This document shows positions 8,147 through 16,782 of a stretch of DNA of 22,075 nt, one piece after another; the stretch's first letter is position 1; each line of letters opens with the position of its first letter. The stretch spans positions 1-22,075 of the forward strand of contig JAEYPM010000102.1 of the NCBI GenBank assembly GCA_023410675.1. The letters are read 5' to 3'. The notes beneath the pieces were generated by a model that saw only the letters and a program-made list of their open reading frames with translations, ran no database searches and had not been told where the DNA came from. Made by a program: the position numbers and the translations under genes. Source of the stretch: Bacillota bacterium (GTDB lineage: Bacteria > Bacillota > Clostridia > Lachnospirales > Cellulosilyticaceae).

Positions 8147-8686
8147 TTATACAGACGATCTGTCTTTTATTAGCGTGTTTGTAAATCTTCGAATTGTAAG
8201 TATCAAATCACCTAATAATATCATGATAAGATTAGGAATAACTATGATCCAAAATACACTTTTGGCTTTATAAATCCATTCAAAGATGGGATGTAAATAC
8301 ATGAGTCCTACAAAAGTAAGAATCATCCAATATATAGCAAATTGTAAACATATTATCCCTTGTAAATTATAATTCATTTGCGAATAATCCCAATAAGATT
8401 TATAAAATAGCTTCTTTAAGTAATAGCCACTGAGATACTCAACGATTAAAGGAATTAAAAAACATAGTCCTATAATCAACAGTACATTATTACTTAAATA
8501 CTGATTAATCACTATTAATAGTGCCATTGTTATCCCATACATTGGTTTGTAGGGACCTTTTAAAAAACCTTCTTCTTGAAAATGCCCCGTTTGACAAAAA
8601 CTATAAATGTTTTCAATACCCCATCCCAAAAACGAATACAAAACAAAACAATATAAAACATATATAGTAAATACCATCAGACTCAT
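8147..8686 (-). CDS. Small polytopic membrane protein of unknown function (possibly DUF1113/PF06541-like); likely start at the ATG at 8677
   Basis: 179-aa ORF, 4-5 hydrophobic segments, GW..E...Y and GPYKPMYGI motifs. RBS AAGAGGATGA is 6 nt before the 4th codon (ATG). Last gene before the bidirectional terminator. Family assignment is from memory only. Confidence 0.5.
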   Translation of the reverse strand: MSLMVFTIYVLYCFVLYSFLGWGIENIYSFCQTGHFQEEGFLKGPYKPMYGITMALLIVINQYLSNNVLLIIGLCFLIPLIVEYLSGYYLKKLFYKSYWDYSQMNYNLQGIICLQFAIYWMILTFVGLMYLHPIFEWIYKAKSVFWIIVIPNLIMILLGDLILTIRRFTNTLIKDRSSV

Positions 8687-8754
8687 CCTCTTTCTCTGTT
8701 TATTTAATGATAGTATTTACTATATATTTAATTTTATTTATGCTCATTAACACT

Positions 8755-10032
8755 TTATGCTGTTTCGTCAGTTAATGCTTGATAGGCATTAGCAAGCATT
8801 AACTTAATACGGTTCTCTTGATTGATACGTGTAGCACCAGGGTCATAGTCTATTGCTACTATATTCGCTTGTGGCAGGTTATCTTTAATCTTACGAATCA
8901 TACCTTTCCCAACAATGTGATTCGGTAAGCATCCAAAGGGTTGTGTACAAATAACATTATTCACTCCAGATTGAATGAGTTCTAGCATTTCTCCAGTTAA
9001 TAGCCATCCTTCACCCATTTTATTTCCATAGCCAAGATAGCCTTTCACTAATTCTTTAATATGTTCAAATGACTCAGGTACTCGAAAAACTTCGTGATGT
9101 GAAATTGCTGCAATAAGTTCCTCCTGCCATCTCTCTAGAAATCCTTTTGCTTTTTCCATAGCCAGTTTTTTTATTTTATTTCCTCCGTATAAAACCACAT
9201 CTACAATACGATTATCAAGTTTAAAAATAAGAAAATCTAATAATCCTGGAACGACTACTTCGACTCCTTCATTATGTAAAAAATCCTCAAGACAATTGTT
9301 GCCTAGTCTTGCATATTTTATGTAGATTTCTCCAACGATACCAACCTTCACTTTTGGTTCTCGTTTTATTGGCACAGCTGCAAAATCTGCAGCTATTTTA
9401 TAAAAATTATTTCTAATATGTTGCTTTTCCAAATTTTTCTTATCCTTGAATTCCTCAGTTAATAGATTAAGCCACTTATCAACTAGCTTATTTGTCATCC
9501 CTTCTTCAATTTCATAAGGCCTGCATTGATTACTTAAGCAATTAATAAGATCACCATATAATATAGCAAATATAGCTTGTCTTGCTACATTTAAGCTAAG
9601 TTTAAAGCCAGGGTTTTTCTCAAAGCCATTAATATTAAGAGATATAACTGGAATATGATCATATCCATTCTTTTTTAAAGCCTTTCTAAGTAAGTGGATA
9701 TAGTTGGATGCCCTACATCCACCACCAGTCTGAGTGATGATTAAAGCAACCTTATTCAGATCATACTTGCCACTTTTAAGTGCATCTATTAGTTGGCCAA
9801 TTACAAGTAGTGCAGGATAACATGTATCATTATGAACTGTTTTAAGTCCTTCCTCAACAATCCCTCGGTGTGTTGTTGTAAGTAGTTCTATTTTATATCC
9901 TTCCAGCTTAAGACTACTTGCTAAAAGTTCAAAGGTCACTGGTATCATCATAGGCATAAGTATCGTATACTCTTCCTTCATCTCTTTTGTAAAAAGTAAA
10001 CGACCATCTTTTGCATATTCTAGCTTCGCCAT
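8755..10032 (-). CDS. 2-hydroxyacyl-CoA dehydratase D-component (HgdB/BcrB)-like protein, Cys-rich; partner of the upstream activase fusion
   Basis: ORF open to 10068, but RBS AAAAGGAG is 7 nt before the ATG at 10032 (MAKLEYAKDG...). The stop codon of the upstream gene (TGA, 10037-10039) lies between this RBS and the ATG, indicating tight coupling. Conserved Cys motifs HNDTCYPA, TGGGCRASN, TQPFGCLPNHIVG as in the HgdB/DUF2229/HGD-D family. Confidence 0.8.
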   Translation of the reverse strand: MAKLEYAKDGRLLFTKEMKEEYTILMPMMIPVTFELLASSLKLEGYKIELLTTTHRGIVEEGLKTVHNDTCYPALLVIGQLIDALKSGKYDLNKVALIITQTGGGCRASNYIHLLRKALKKNGYDHIPVISLNINGFEKNPGFKLSLNVARQAIFAILYGDLINCLSNQCRPYEIEEGMTNKLVDKWLNLLTEEFKDKKNLEKQHIRNNFYKIAADFAAVPIKREPKVKVGIVGEIYIKYARLGNNCLEDFLHNEGVEVVVPGLLDFLIFKLDNRIVDVVLYGGNKIKKLAMEKAKGFLERWQEELIAAISHHEVFRVPESFEHIKELVKGYLGYGNKMGEGWLLTGEMLELIQSGVNNVICTQPFGCLPNHIVGKGMIRKIKDNLPQANIVAIDYDPGATRINQENRIKLMLANAYQALTDETA

Positions 10033-10036
10033 ATAA

Positions 10037-13006
10037 TCACTCCTTTTGCCTTGCATCCATAGCAGCAATCAAACTACGAAGACGTATTTTTGCTGCCCCT
10101 AAATTACTAATTTCATCAATTTTTAGCTGTGTATAAAGTTTGTCCCCTATTTCAAGTTGCTCCCTAATTTCATCTCCTGTAATGGCATCTAGTCCACAAC
10201 CAAATGAAACAAGCTGTACAAGCTCCATATCCTTATGTTCTTTTACATAGGCTGCCGCTGCATATAATCTTGAATGATAGGTCCATTGATTTAGTACATT
10301 CACTTTTTGTTTTGGTACTTCATGTGCGATGGCATCTTCAGAAATAATAACCATCCCTAATGAAGTAATTAACGTATCAATGCCATGATTTATTTCAGGA
10401 TCTATATGATAAGGTCTTCCTGCTAGAATAATAATTCTTTTTTGATGTTCTTTTGCATAAGCAAGAGCCTTTTCACCCTCAAGGCGAATTTCTTTATGCC
10501 AATTTTCTCTAGCTTCATAGGCCATCTGCGTAGCCTTTTTAATTTCAGCTTTAGTAAAATCAAACTTATCCTCGAAATATTTTGTAGCACTTTTTACAAA
10601 ATCTTTTGGACGATGGAGACCGAAATATGGGCACATATAATTTACATCTTTTAAGCCTGCTATATTGGCATCTAATAGTTCGGGATAGTAAGCAACTACT
10701 GGGCAATTGTAATGATTGTCCCCCATTTTCTCATCAAAATTATAAGGTAAACAAGGATAAAAAATATTCTGTACATCTTTTTCAATAAGATTTTCTATAT
10801 GCCCATGGAGCAGCTTAGCTGGATAACATACAGTATCTGATGGCATTGTATGTTTTCCAGAAATGTATAAATCTCTAGATGACTCATCAGAAATAATAAC
10901 TTCAAAGCCTAAGTGTGTAAAAAAAGTATGCCAAAATGGTAAGTTTTCATACATATTAAGTCCTAAAGGTAATCCTAATTTACCTCTTTTACCTGGTATA
11001 GATTTTACTTTGTATTCTCTTAGTTTATTATATTTAAACTTGTATAAATTTGGGAGTTTGTCTTGAGTAGTGCCTCCATTAGGTCTTTCGCACTTGTTTC
11101 CTGATATAAATTTTTTCCCTTCTGAAAAGATATTAATTGTTAGATGGCAATGATTACCACAAAGGCCACAATCCGTACTCTTCGACTTATGTATAAAATT
11201 CTCAAGTTCATTAAATGTAATCGTATGAGAATCTGTAAACGCTGCATCTTTTGCTAGCAGAGCCGCCCCATACGCACCCATGATTCCTGCTATAGTTGGT
11301 CTTGTCACATTTAATCCCAATTCTAATTCAAAACTTCTTAAAACAGCGTCATTTAAAAAAGTTCCACCTTGGACAACTATTTTTTTGCCCAGCTTAGAAG
11401 GATTAGTTTCACGAATTACTTTGTAAATTGCATTTTTTACTACACTATATGAAAGACCAGCTGAAATATCTTCTACTCCAGCACCTTCCTTTTGTGCCTG
11501 CTTAATTGAAGAATTCATAAACACTGTACATCTTGATCCTAAATCAACAGGATGCTTAGCAAATAATCCTAGTTTTGCAAACTCTTCTGAGGAATATCCT
11601 AGTGCCGTAGCATAAGTTTCTATAAAAGAGCCACATCCAGAAGAACATGCTTCATTTAACATAATACTATCTATTGCACCATTATGAAGCCTAAAGCATT
11701 TTATATCTTGCCCACCAATATCTAAAATAAAATCGACATCTGGTTCAAAGTGCCTCGCTGCTCTATAATGGGCTATTGTCTCAACAATTCCTAGATCAAT
11801 GTCAAATGCGTTTTTAATTAAATCTTCACCATAACCCGTAACAGCACTACCTTTAATCTTTATCTTATTTCCCATTTGACTATAAATATAAATCAATTGT
11901 TCTTTTACAACTGATAATGGGTTCCCTTTATTTGATGCATAGTATGAATAGAGGATCTCACTATTTGCTGATATTAATACAACTTTTGTAGTCGTACTTC
12001 CTGCATCAATACCTAAATAAGCATCTCCCTCATAATGATCTATATCAATCCATTTAACTGTATCTTTTGCATGTCTACTAGCAAACCCATTATATTCATC
12101 TTGTGATTTAAAAAGAGGGCTTAGTGCATTTGTGATACTTTTAGTTTCCCCAGCCTCTTCAATCATTTTTAATACATCTGAATAACTTCGTTCCTCTAAA
12201 TTTTGAGCAAACAAGGCTGAGCCAATAGCAACAAAATATGCCGCTTCTTCTGGGAAAATGGCGTTCTCTTCTTCTAATTTTAATGTATGTACAAAACGCT
12301 CTCTAAGGCCTTTTAAAAAATATAAAGGTCCTCCTAGAAAAACGACCTTACCCTCGATTCTACGTCCTTGTGCCAAGCCTACAATTGTCTGATCAACAAC
12401 TGCTTGAAAAATACTTGCAGCTAAGTCAGATTTTTTAGCTCCTTGATTTAAAAGAGGCTGAATATCAGATTTAGCAAAAACACCACATCTTGAAGCAATG
12501 GCATATATTCTTTCATGTTGCAAACTTAACTTATCAAATTCTTCTAGAGACAAATTAAGAAGCGTAGCCATTTGATCGATAAATGCACCTGTACCTCCTG
12601 CACAAGAACCATTCATACGTTCTTCTAAGCCATTACTGCAAAATATAATTTTTGCATCTTCACCACCTAGCTCAACGATACTATCTACATCATCTAAATA
12701 ATGTGAAACAGCTCCATATGTTGCAAACACTTCTTGTACAAAATCAAGACCACAGTCTTTTGCAACACCCATACCACCTGAACCAGTTAAGGCTACTCTT
12801 ACATTTTTTCCATCTAACATGTGTTTTAAGGAAGTTAATATTTCAATAGTTTTTTCTCTAACTTTTGAGTAATGTCTTTGATAAGTTTTAAAAAGTAAGT
12901 TATATTGATTATCTAGTACCACAACTTTTACAGTAGTTGAGCCTATATCAATGCCAATCAACAAGTTTATCACCTTCGATTCTAAGATTAATTGCTTCAA
13001 ATACAT
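10037..13006 (-). CDS. Fusion protein: two tandem BadF/BadG/BcrA/BcrD (HgdC-type) activator ATPase domains + C-terminal HgdA-like Cys-rich domain (an activase fused to a dehydratase-like module)
   Basis: 989 aa. Domain 1 LIGIDIGSTTVKVVVLD ... NGSCAGGTGAFIDQ. Domain 2 YLGIDAGSTTTKVVLI ... NEACSSGCGSFIETY (acetate/sugar-kinase fold with the Cys positions used by HgdC-type activators for a bridging [4Fe-4S]). C-terminal 400 aa contain CGLCGNHCH...NKCERP, DTVCYPAKLLHGH, YNCPVVAYYPE, SFGCGLDAITG, echoing the DTCYPA / FGCLPN motifs of the partner protein. The exact start is uncertain: no good RBS at the ATG at 13006; possible TTG/GTG about 11-15 codons downstream. Confidence 0.85.
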   Translation of the reverse strand: MYLKQLILESKVINLLIGIDIGSTTVKVVVLDNQYNLLFKTYQRHYSKVREKTIEILTSLKHMLDGKNVRVALTGSGGMGVAKDCGLDFVQEVFATYGAVSHYLDDVDSIVELGGEDAKIIFCSNGLEERMNGSCAGGTGAFIDQMATLLNLSLEEFDKLSLQHERIYAIASRCGVFAKSDIQPLLNQGAKKSDLAASIFQAVVDQTIVGLAQGRRIEGKVVFLGGPLYFLKGLRERFVHTLKLEEENAIFPEEAAYFVAIGSALFAQNLEERSYSDVLKMIEEAGETKSITNALSPLFKSQDEYNGFASRHAKDTVKWIDIDHYEGDAYLGIDAGSTTTKVVLISANSEILYSYYASNKGNPLSVVKEQLIYIYSQMGNKIKIKGSAVTGYGEDLIKNAFDIDLGIVETIAHYRAARHFEPDVDFILDIGGQDIKCFRLHNGAIDSIMLNEACSSGCGSFIETYATALGYSSEEFAKLGLFAKHPVDLGSRCTVFMNSSIKQAQKEGAGVEDISAGLSYSVVKNAIYKVIRETNPSKLGKKIVVQGGTFLNDAVLRSFELELGLNVTRPTIAGIMGAYGAALLAKDAAFTDSHTITFNELENFIHKSKSTDCGLCGNHCHLTINIFSEGKKFISGNKCERPNGGTTQDKLPNLYKFKYNKLREYKVKSIPGKRGKLGLPLGLNMYENLPFWHTFFTHLGFEVIISDESSRDLYISGKHTMPSDTVCYPAKLLHGHIENLIEKDVQNIFYPCLPYNFDEKMGDNHYNCPVVAYYPELLDANIAGLKDVNYMCPYFGLHRPKDFVKSATKYFEDKFDFTKAEIKKATQMAYEARENWHKEIRLEGEKALAYAKEHQKRIIILAGRPYHIDPEINHGIDTLITSLGMVIISEDAIAHEVPKQKVNVLNQWTYHSRLYAAAAYVKEHKDMELVQLVSFGCGLDAITGDEIREQLEIGDKLYTQLKIDEISNLGAAKIRLRSLIAAMDARQKE

Positions 13007-13118
13007 TCATAGCACAGTAAGATGTGAATCTATATTTGAATTGTTATATATATTTATATTTCATCATAGTTTTTTCTTTATGTTATTTTTAGTTTTATCC
13101 CTGCATGATATTATAGCA

Positions 13119-14162
13119 CTATTCAGTAGATTTTATAAGTAGTTTTATTATTTTTTTAAAGGCAGTGGCAATAGGGATATGATGAATTTCGTCTAAAGTC
13201 ATAAAGGCACCTGAGATACTTTGATGATTATGTGTAATTTTATTAAAGTATTCTGTATTTATATCATTAGAAGTAATAATAAGTGGATAAATCTCCCATA
13301 TCTTATGTGTAAATCTATGTGAAACTGTTGGAAGCTTAAGTGTCTTAATTTTTATTGCATAGTTTTTTTCCCACTGGGTCTTACTGATCATAGGAAACCC
13401 CCATAAATTTCCAAGTAAAACATCTGTAGCCCTTTGTTCAAACCAATAACTTGATTTGCTTTTAATAACTGGAACTATATAATACTCTTTGTCAACCACA
13501 TTTTTCTTTTCCTTTATAGGAAATTCATATACTCTATTTTCTTTATATCCCATACACATGTTTTGAATTGGGCAGACCATGCATTTTGAATTTTTTGGTG
13601 TACATATTAAGGCCCCTAATTCCATAAGTGCTTGATTAAATGAACTTGGATTATGGTTCATCAATGTCATTACTTTATTTTCAAAGATTTTTTTGCTCTT
13701 GACCTTGCTAATGTCTTCTTCAATAAGAAACTGTCTTGATAGAATACGCATGACATTTCCATCTACTGCAGGCATAGGTTTATCAAAAGCTATACTCATT
13801 ATTGCACCTAAGGTGTACGAGCCTATACCAGGTATTTTTTTGATCTCACTCATACTATTTGGAAATAAACCATCATAGTCATTGACTATCATTTTTGCTC
13901 CATTATGGAGATAATCTACTCTTCTGTAATATCCTAGACCTTCCCAATATTTATACACTTCTTCTTTATGTGCTTGTGCTAACGCACTAATAGTAGGAAA
14001 TTTCATTATAAATCTATTGTAGTAAGGTATTACTGTTTCTACTTGTGTTTGCTGAAGCATAACCTCCGATACCCAAATGCAGTATGGGTCTTTAGTATTA
14101 CGCCATGGCATTTCTCTTTTATTAATTTCATACCATGCTACAAGCCTTGATGCATAATCCAT
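13119..14162 (-). CDS. mutY: A/G-specific adenine DNA glycosylase MutY (HhH-GPD + [4Fe-4S] + NUDIX-like C-terminal domain)
   Basis: 347 aa. MPWR..KDPY.IWVSE.MLQQTQV...GLGYY.R N-terminus, HhH-GPD region, 4-Cys cluster loop C-x6-C-x2-C-x5-C (CTPKNSKCMVCPIQNMC). RBS AGGAGG is 9 nt before the ATG. Confidence 0.9.
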   Translation of the reverse strand: MDYASRLVAWYEINKREMPWRNTKDPYCIWVSEVMLQQTQVETVIPYYNRFIMKFPTISALAQAHKEEVYKYWEGLGYYRRVDYLHNGAKMIVNDYDGLFPNSMSEIKKIPGIGSYTLGAIMSIAFDKPMPAVDGNVMRILSRQFLIEEDISKVKSKKIFENKVMTLMNHNPSSFNQALMELGALICTPKNSKCMVCPIQNMCMGYKENRVYEFPIKEKKNVVDKEYYIVPVIKSKSSYWFEQRATDVLLGNLWGFPMISKTQWEKNYAIKIKTLKLPTVSHRFTHKIWEIYPLIITSNDINTEYFNKITHNHQSISGAFMTLDEIHHIPIATAFKKIIKLLIKSTE

Positions 14163-14200
14163 GCAGTCTGTTCCTCCTACGCCTTTTACTAACTAACAAA

Positions 14201-14227
14201 CCCCGAATAGCTATAATCTATTCGAGG
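14201..14227 (-). promoter_or_regulatory. Terminator-like hairpin + U-rich tract inside the mutY 5' leader, ~25 nt upstream of the mutY RBS (possible attenuator, or 3' end of a small RNA)
   Basis: On the minus strand: CCUCGAAUAG-auuauag-CUAUUCGGGG (10 bp, one G-U) followed by UUUGUUAGUUAGU, then the RBS GGAGGAA and the ATG at 14162. Read directly. Confidence 0.35.
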
Positions 14228-14462
14228 TGTATCCGTCTTATTTATGGTGACATTAAATATATTCCTTCTCATGTATGAGTTAATTTTCATAACACTTACT
14301 CTCTATATAATATAACATATGTTAATACTATTTTCTAGTAACTATATAATACATATTCTGGATATTAGATTATATTATCTACATTCAGTATATAAAGATG
14401 TATTAGTCTTTTTATATTTCTATATGCACAAAGAAGTCTATTTATGGGCAAATTCGAAGCTG

Positions 14463-14491
14463 TTTATATTACTAAACACCCTTTGATTCAA
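14463..14491 (-). promoter_or_regulatory. Candidate sigma-A promoter pointing toward mutY: TTGAAT-N17-TATAAA
   Basis: Minus-strand -35 TTGAAT (plus 14486-14491), 17-nt spacer, -10 TATAAA (plus 14463-14468), immediately after the flotillin terminator. Implies a ~290-nt leader before mutY. Confidence 0.35.
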
Positions 14492-14528
14492 AAAAATAGT
14501 GCTAGAAACTAGTCTAGCATTATTTTTT
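14490..14528. terminator. Terminator of the flotillin-like gene (bidirectional architecture: A7-stem-loop-T-tract)
   Basis: aaaaaaa tagtgctaga aactag tctagcat tattttttc. 7-8 bp stem, flanked by an A-run and a T-run. Directly abuts the stop at 14529. Confidence 0.65.
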
Positions 14529-16598
14529 CTATATGTCTGCACTTTCTTCTGTGGCACATGCTTCTTTCATTGCTTTGATTGAAACTTGTGCCAAAATATC
14601 TTCTTTTATCTTAAGTACTTCTGGTGAATAGTCAACCTCATTGTTTGTATCTAAGTTACTCAGTTTCTCACTAAGTAATAGCATCACTAATGACTCAAAG
14701 GCATTGGTTCCCCCTGCTTCATTACTAGAATGGATAACTGTTTTTGGAACAATATCTATATTTCCCTCTCTAATTGCATTTGTAAATGAAGTCATAACAT
14801 CATCAATAACTTTATACTGAGGACCACCGTATGCATTAACTTGTTCTTTTGCTGCAATGGCTTTAGAAATACCCACTCTTGCTTCTTTATCTGCCTCGGC
14901 TTCTGCAGTAATTTTAATTTTAAATGCTTCTGCTTCAGATTGTTTTTTTATCTTATAGGCGTCTGCTTCAGAAAGTCTCTGTATTTTTTCTGCATCTTGT
15001 TTTGCTTTCATAAGTTCAGCTTTACCTTGATTTTCCTGAATTTTAATATTAATATCAGATTCTGTTAAGGTAGTTTGCTGTTTTGCTACAGCTTCAGCTT
15101 CTCTTAATTCCTTTTCTTTTTCAGCTGCTTTTTGTTGCGTTTCATATGTTTCTAACTGCTCTTTAGCTATCTGCCTACTCCTAAGTTGCATCAAGATTGT
15201 ATCAATATTTGAATCTGCTTTTGAGCTACAAGGTGTACCAATAAGAACTTCTTCTAGCTCTAGGTTATAATGATTAAACTTTGCCTTCATTTCTTCTGAA
15301 CTTTGTGCCTGTATTTCATTTCTTCGCTGAATAATCTCAATAAGTGTTTTTGTTTGTCCTACATTTTTGAAATAAGCTGATACCATTGGATCAAGCGTTT
15401 GATCTACAAGCATTTTGATATCCCCAAATCTTTGAATAACAAGTGGAGCCTTTTTATAATCAATATGAAATACAACTGATAAAGGTAATGTCGGCTCAAA
15501 TGCATCTTTAGTAATAAGATCTACTTCTGATAAGTTTTCATCATATTTATGATTACCAACTTCATTACTAATCCATTTAAGAATAACATTTGTTGTAGGC
15601 ACTAATATAACGTTACCGGCATAAGTATTAAAAGCATATTTGCCTGGCATTAAAGGTTCATTCCAAACGCCTTTGTGCCCTTTTTGAACCAATTCTCCAT
15701 GCTTATAATCTGTACCAGAAAAATCTTCACCTTTTGAGCCTGTATAAGAAACAACGACACCAACAAATCCAACTGGAATAATAATCTTTGGAATAAATTC
15801 GACTGTTGCAAATAAGCGATTAATAAAGTAAGTTCCATCTGCAAGTACTTGGTGTTGCCTTCCTCTATATCCATTGGCTCTTAAAAAAGCATCAATATCT
15901 TGAAAATTATTATGATAATTAGGATCCTCTGCATCATCTCCAACCGTAGGACAGATAATACTTTCATTTCCTAAAGAGGGACCATCATGAACTGTCACAA
16001 TACCAATTTGGTCACTATTGCCATCAATAACAACAGGTGAAAATCCTTTTCTTTCTCGAATTAAGTGTGACATCTGCATGATCGTCTCATATTCTTCTCT
16101 ATTACCTGTTTTTAGATAATATGTCTTCGTCTCAGTAATAATAACAAATTGAGCTAAATTAAAAGCATAGGTTCCTTCACGAATGATTCCTCTTTGAGGT
16201 CCCTTTTGCCCCCCATGGCTTAAAAATGCCCTTGCATCTTGAAAGTTGTTGCACTCTGGCACTGTTTTAGCAAGAGTTTGTGTTGGTTCAAGTGCCTTAC
16301 CATCTCTAGCAAATACATACGCAATCTTCCCTTGTGGTACTGTAACAAGGGGCATAATATGTATTTTATAAACAAAAGGCGTTTTGAAATGAATACCTCC
16401 TCGCAACAACTCAGGCTGATATCCTGCTTCTCCATTTAATGCAATAATCTGTTCTTTAAGTGAGCCTTTTACAGACCACCACTTTTCCACAATCCCCACT
16501 TTATCATTAGATATTACTCTAAATCCTATTGCCCATAAAAATACAATGAATAACAAAACAGACACGCCTATAAATATTAATACTGACATATGCCTCAC
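14529..16598 (-). CDS. Flotillin-like SPFH/band-7 domain membrane protein (YqiK/FloT-type) with C-terminal EA-rich coiled coil
   Basis: 689 aa. N-terminal TM helix (VLIFIGVSVLLFIVFLWAIGF), SPFH-type region, long Glu/Ala/Lys coiled-coil with AEAEA repeats (KITAEAEADKEARVG) typical of flotillins. The start may be the ATG at 16589 rather than the GTG at 16598. Confidence 0.8.
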   Translation of the reverse strand: MRHMSVLIFIGVSVLLFIVFLWAIGFRVISNDKVGIVEKWWSVKGSLKEQIIALNGEAGYQPELLRGGIHFKTPFVYKIHIMPLVTVPQGKIAYVFARDGKALEPTQTLAKTVPECNNFQDARAFLSHGGQKGPQRGIIREGTYAFNLAQFVIITETKTYYLKTGNREEYETIMQMSHLIRERKGFSPVVIDGNSDQIGIVTVHDGPSLGNESIICPTVGDDAEDPNYHNNFQDIDAFLRANGYRGRQHQVLADGTYFINRLFATVEFIPKIIIPVGFVGVVVSYTGSKGEDFSGTDYKHGELVQKGHKGVWNEPLMPGKYAFNTYAGNVILVPTTNVILKWISNEVGNHKYDENLSEVDLITKDAFEPTLPLSVVFHIDYKKAPLVIQRFGDIKMLVDQTLDPMVSAYFKNVGQTKTLIEIIQRRNEIQAQSSEEMKAKFNHYNLELEEVLIGTPCSSKADSNIDTILMQLRSRQIAKEQLETYETQQKAAEKEKELREAEAVAKQQTTLTESDINIKIQENQGKAELMKAKQDAEKIQRLSEADAYKIKKQSEAEAFKIKITAEAEADKEARVGISKAIAAKEQVNAYGGPQYKVIDDVMTSFTNAIREGNIDIVPKTVIHSSNEAGGTNAFESLVMLLLSEKLSNLDTNNEVDYSPEVLKIKEDILAQVSIKAMKEACATEESADI

Positions 16599-16692
16599 CT
16601 CTCAATTTATCACAATTAAATATACTTACTTAACCATTTTAATAAATTAACAATGTGAAAAATATTGTTTACATTTCTCCTTTCTATTCTTG

Positions 16693-16720
16693 ATTATAAT
16701 TCACTAAATAATAAAAACAA
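16693..16720 (-). promoter_or_regulatory. Candidate promoter of the flotillin-like gene: TTGTTT-N16-TATAAT
   Basis: Minus-strand -35 (plus 16715-16720) and consensus -10 TATAAT (plus 16693-16698), about 95 nt upstream of the start codon. Confidence 0.35.
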
Positions 16721-16782
16721 GATATTTTATTTTATTGTATTATATGATATACTGTTTTAGGATTATGTGCTGTTTTTTTGAT

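Noticed and set aside
10442-13142. Five short plus-strand ORFs (10442-10654, 10606-10788, 10863-11066, 12652-12849, 12951-13142)
   Set aside because: All antisense to the 989-aa activase fusion or its promoter region. Translations are repetitive (e.g. HLHHLAQRYYLHHL) as expected from the opposite strand of a coding region.
13693-13878. 61-aa plus-strand ORF inside mutY
   Set aside because: Antisense overlap with mutY; no start context.
14841-16439. ORFs 14841-15068 (+), 15650-15874 (-), 16220-16435 (-), 16239-16439 (+)
   Set aside because: All nested within the flotillin-like gene in other frames or strands. Cys/Phe-rich nonsense translations (CFFICLGFCSNF...).
16669-16683. RBS + ATG-TAA mini-ORF in the flotillin leader as a real translated element
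   Set aside because: Not rejected as an observation (mentioned in a finding), but rejected as a gene: it encodes nothing, and the spacing could be coincidental in A+T-rich DNA.
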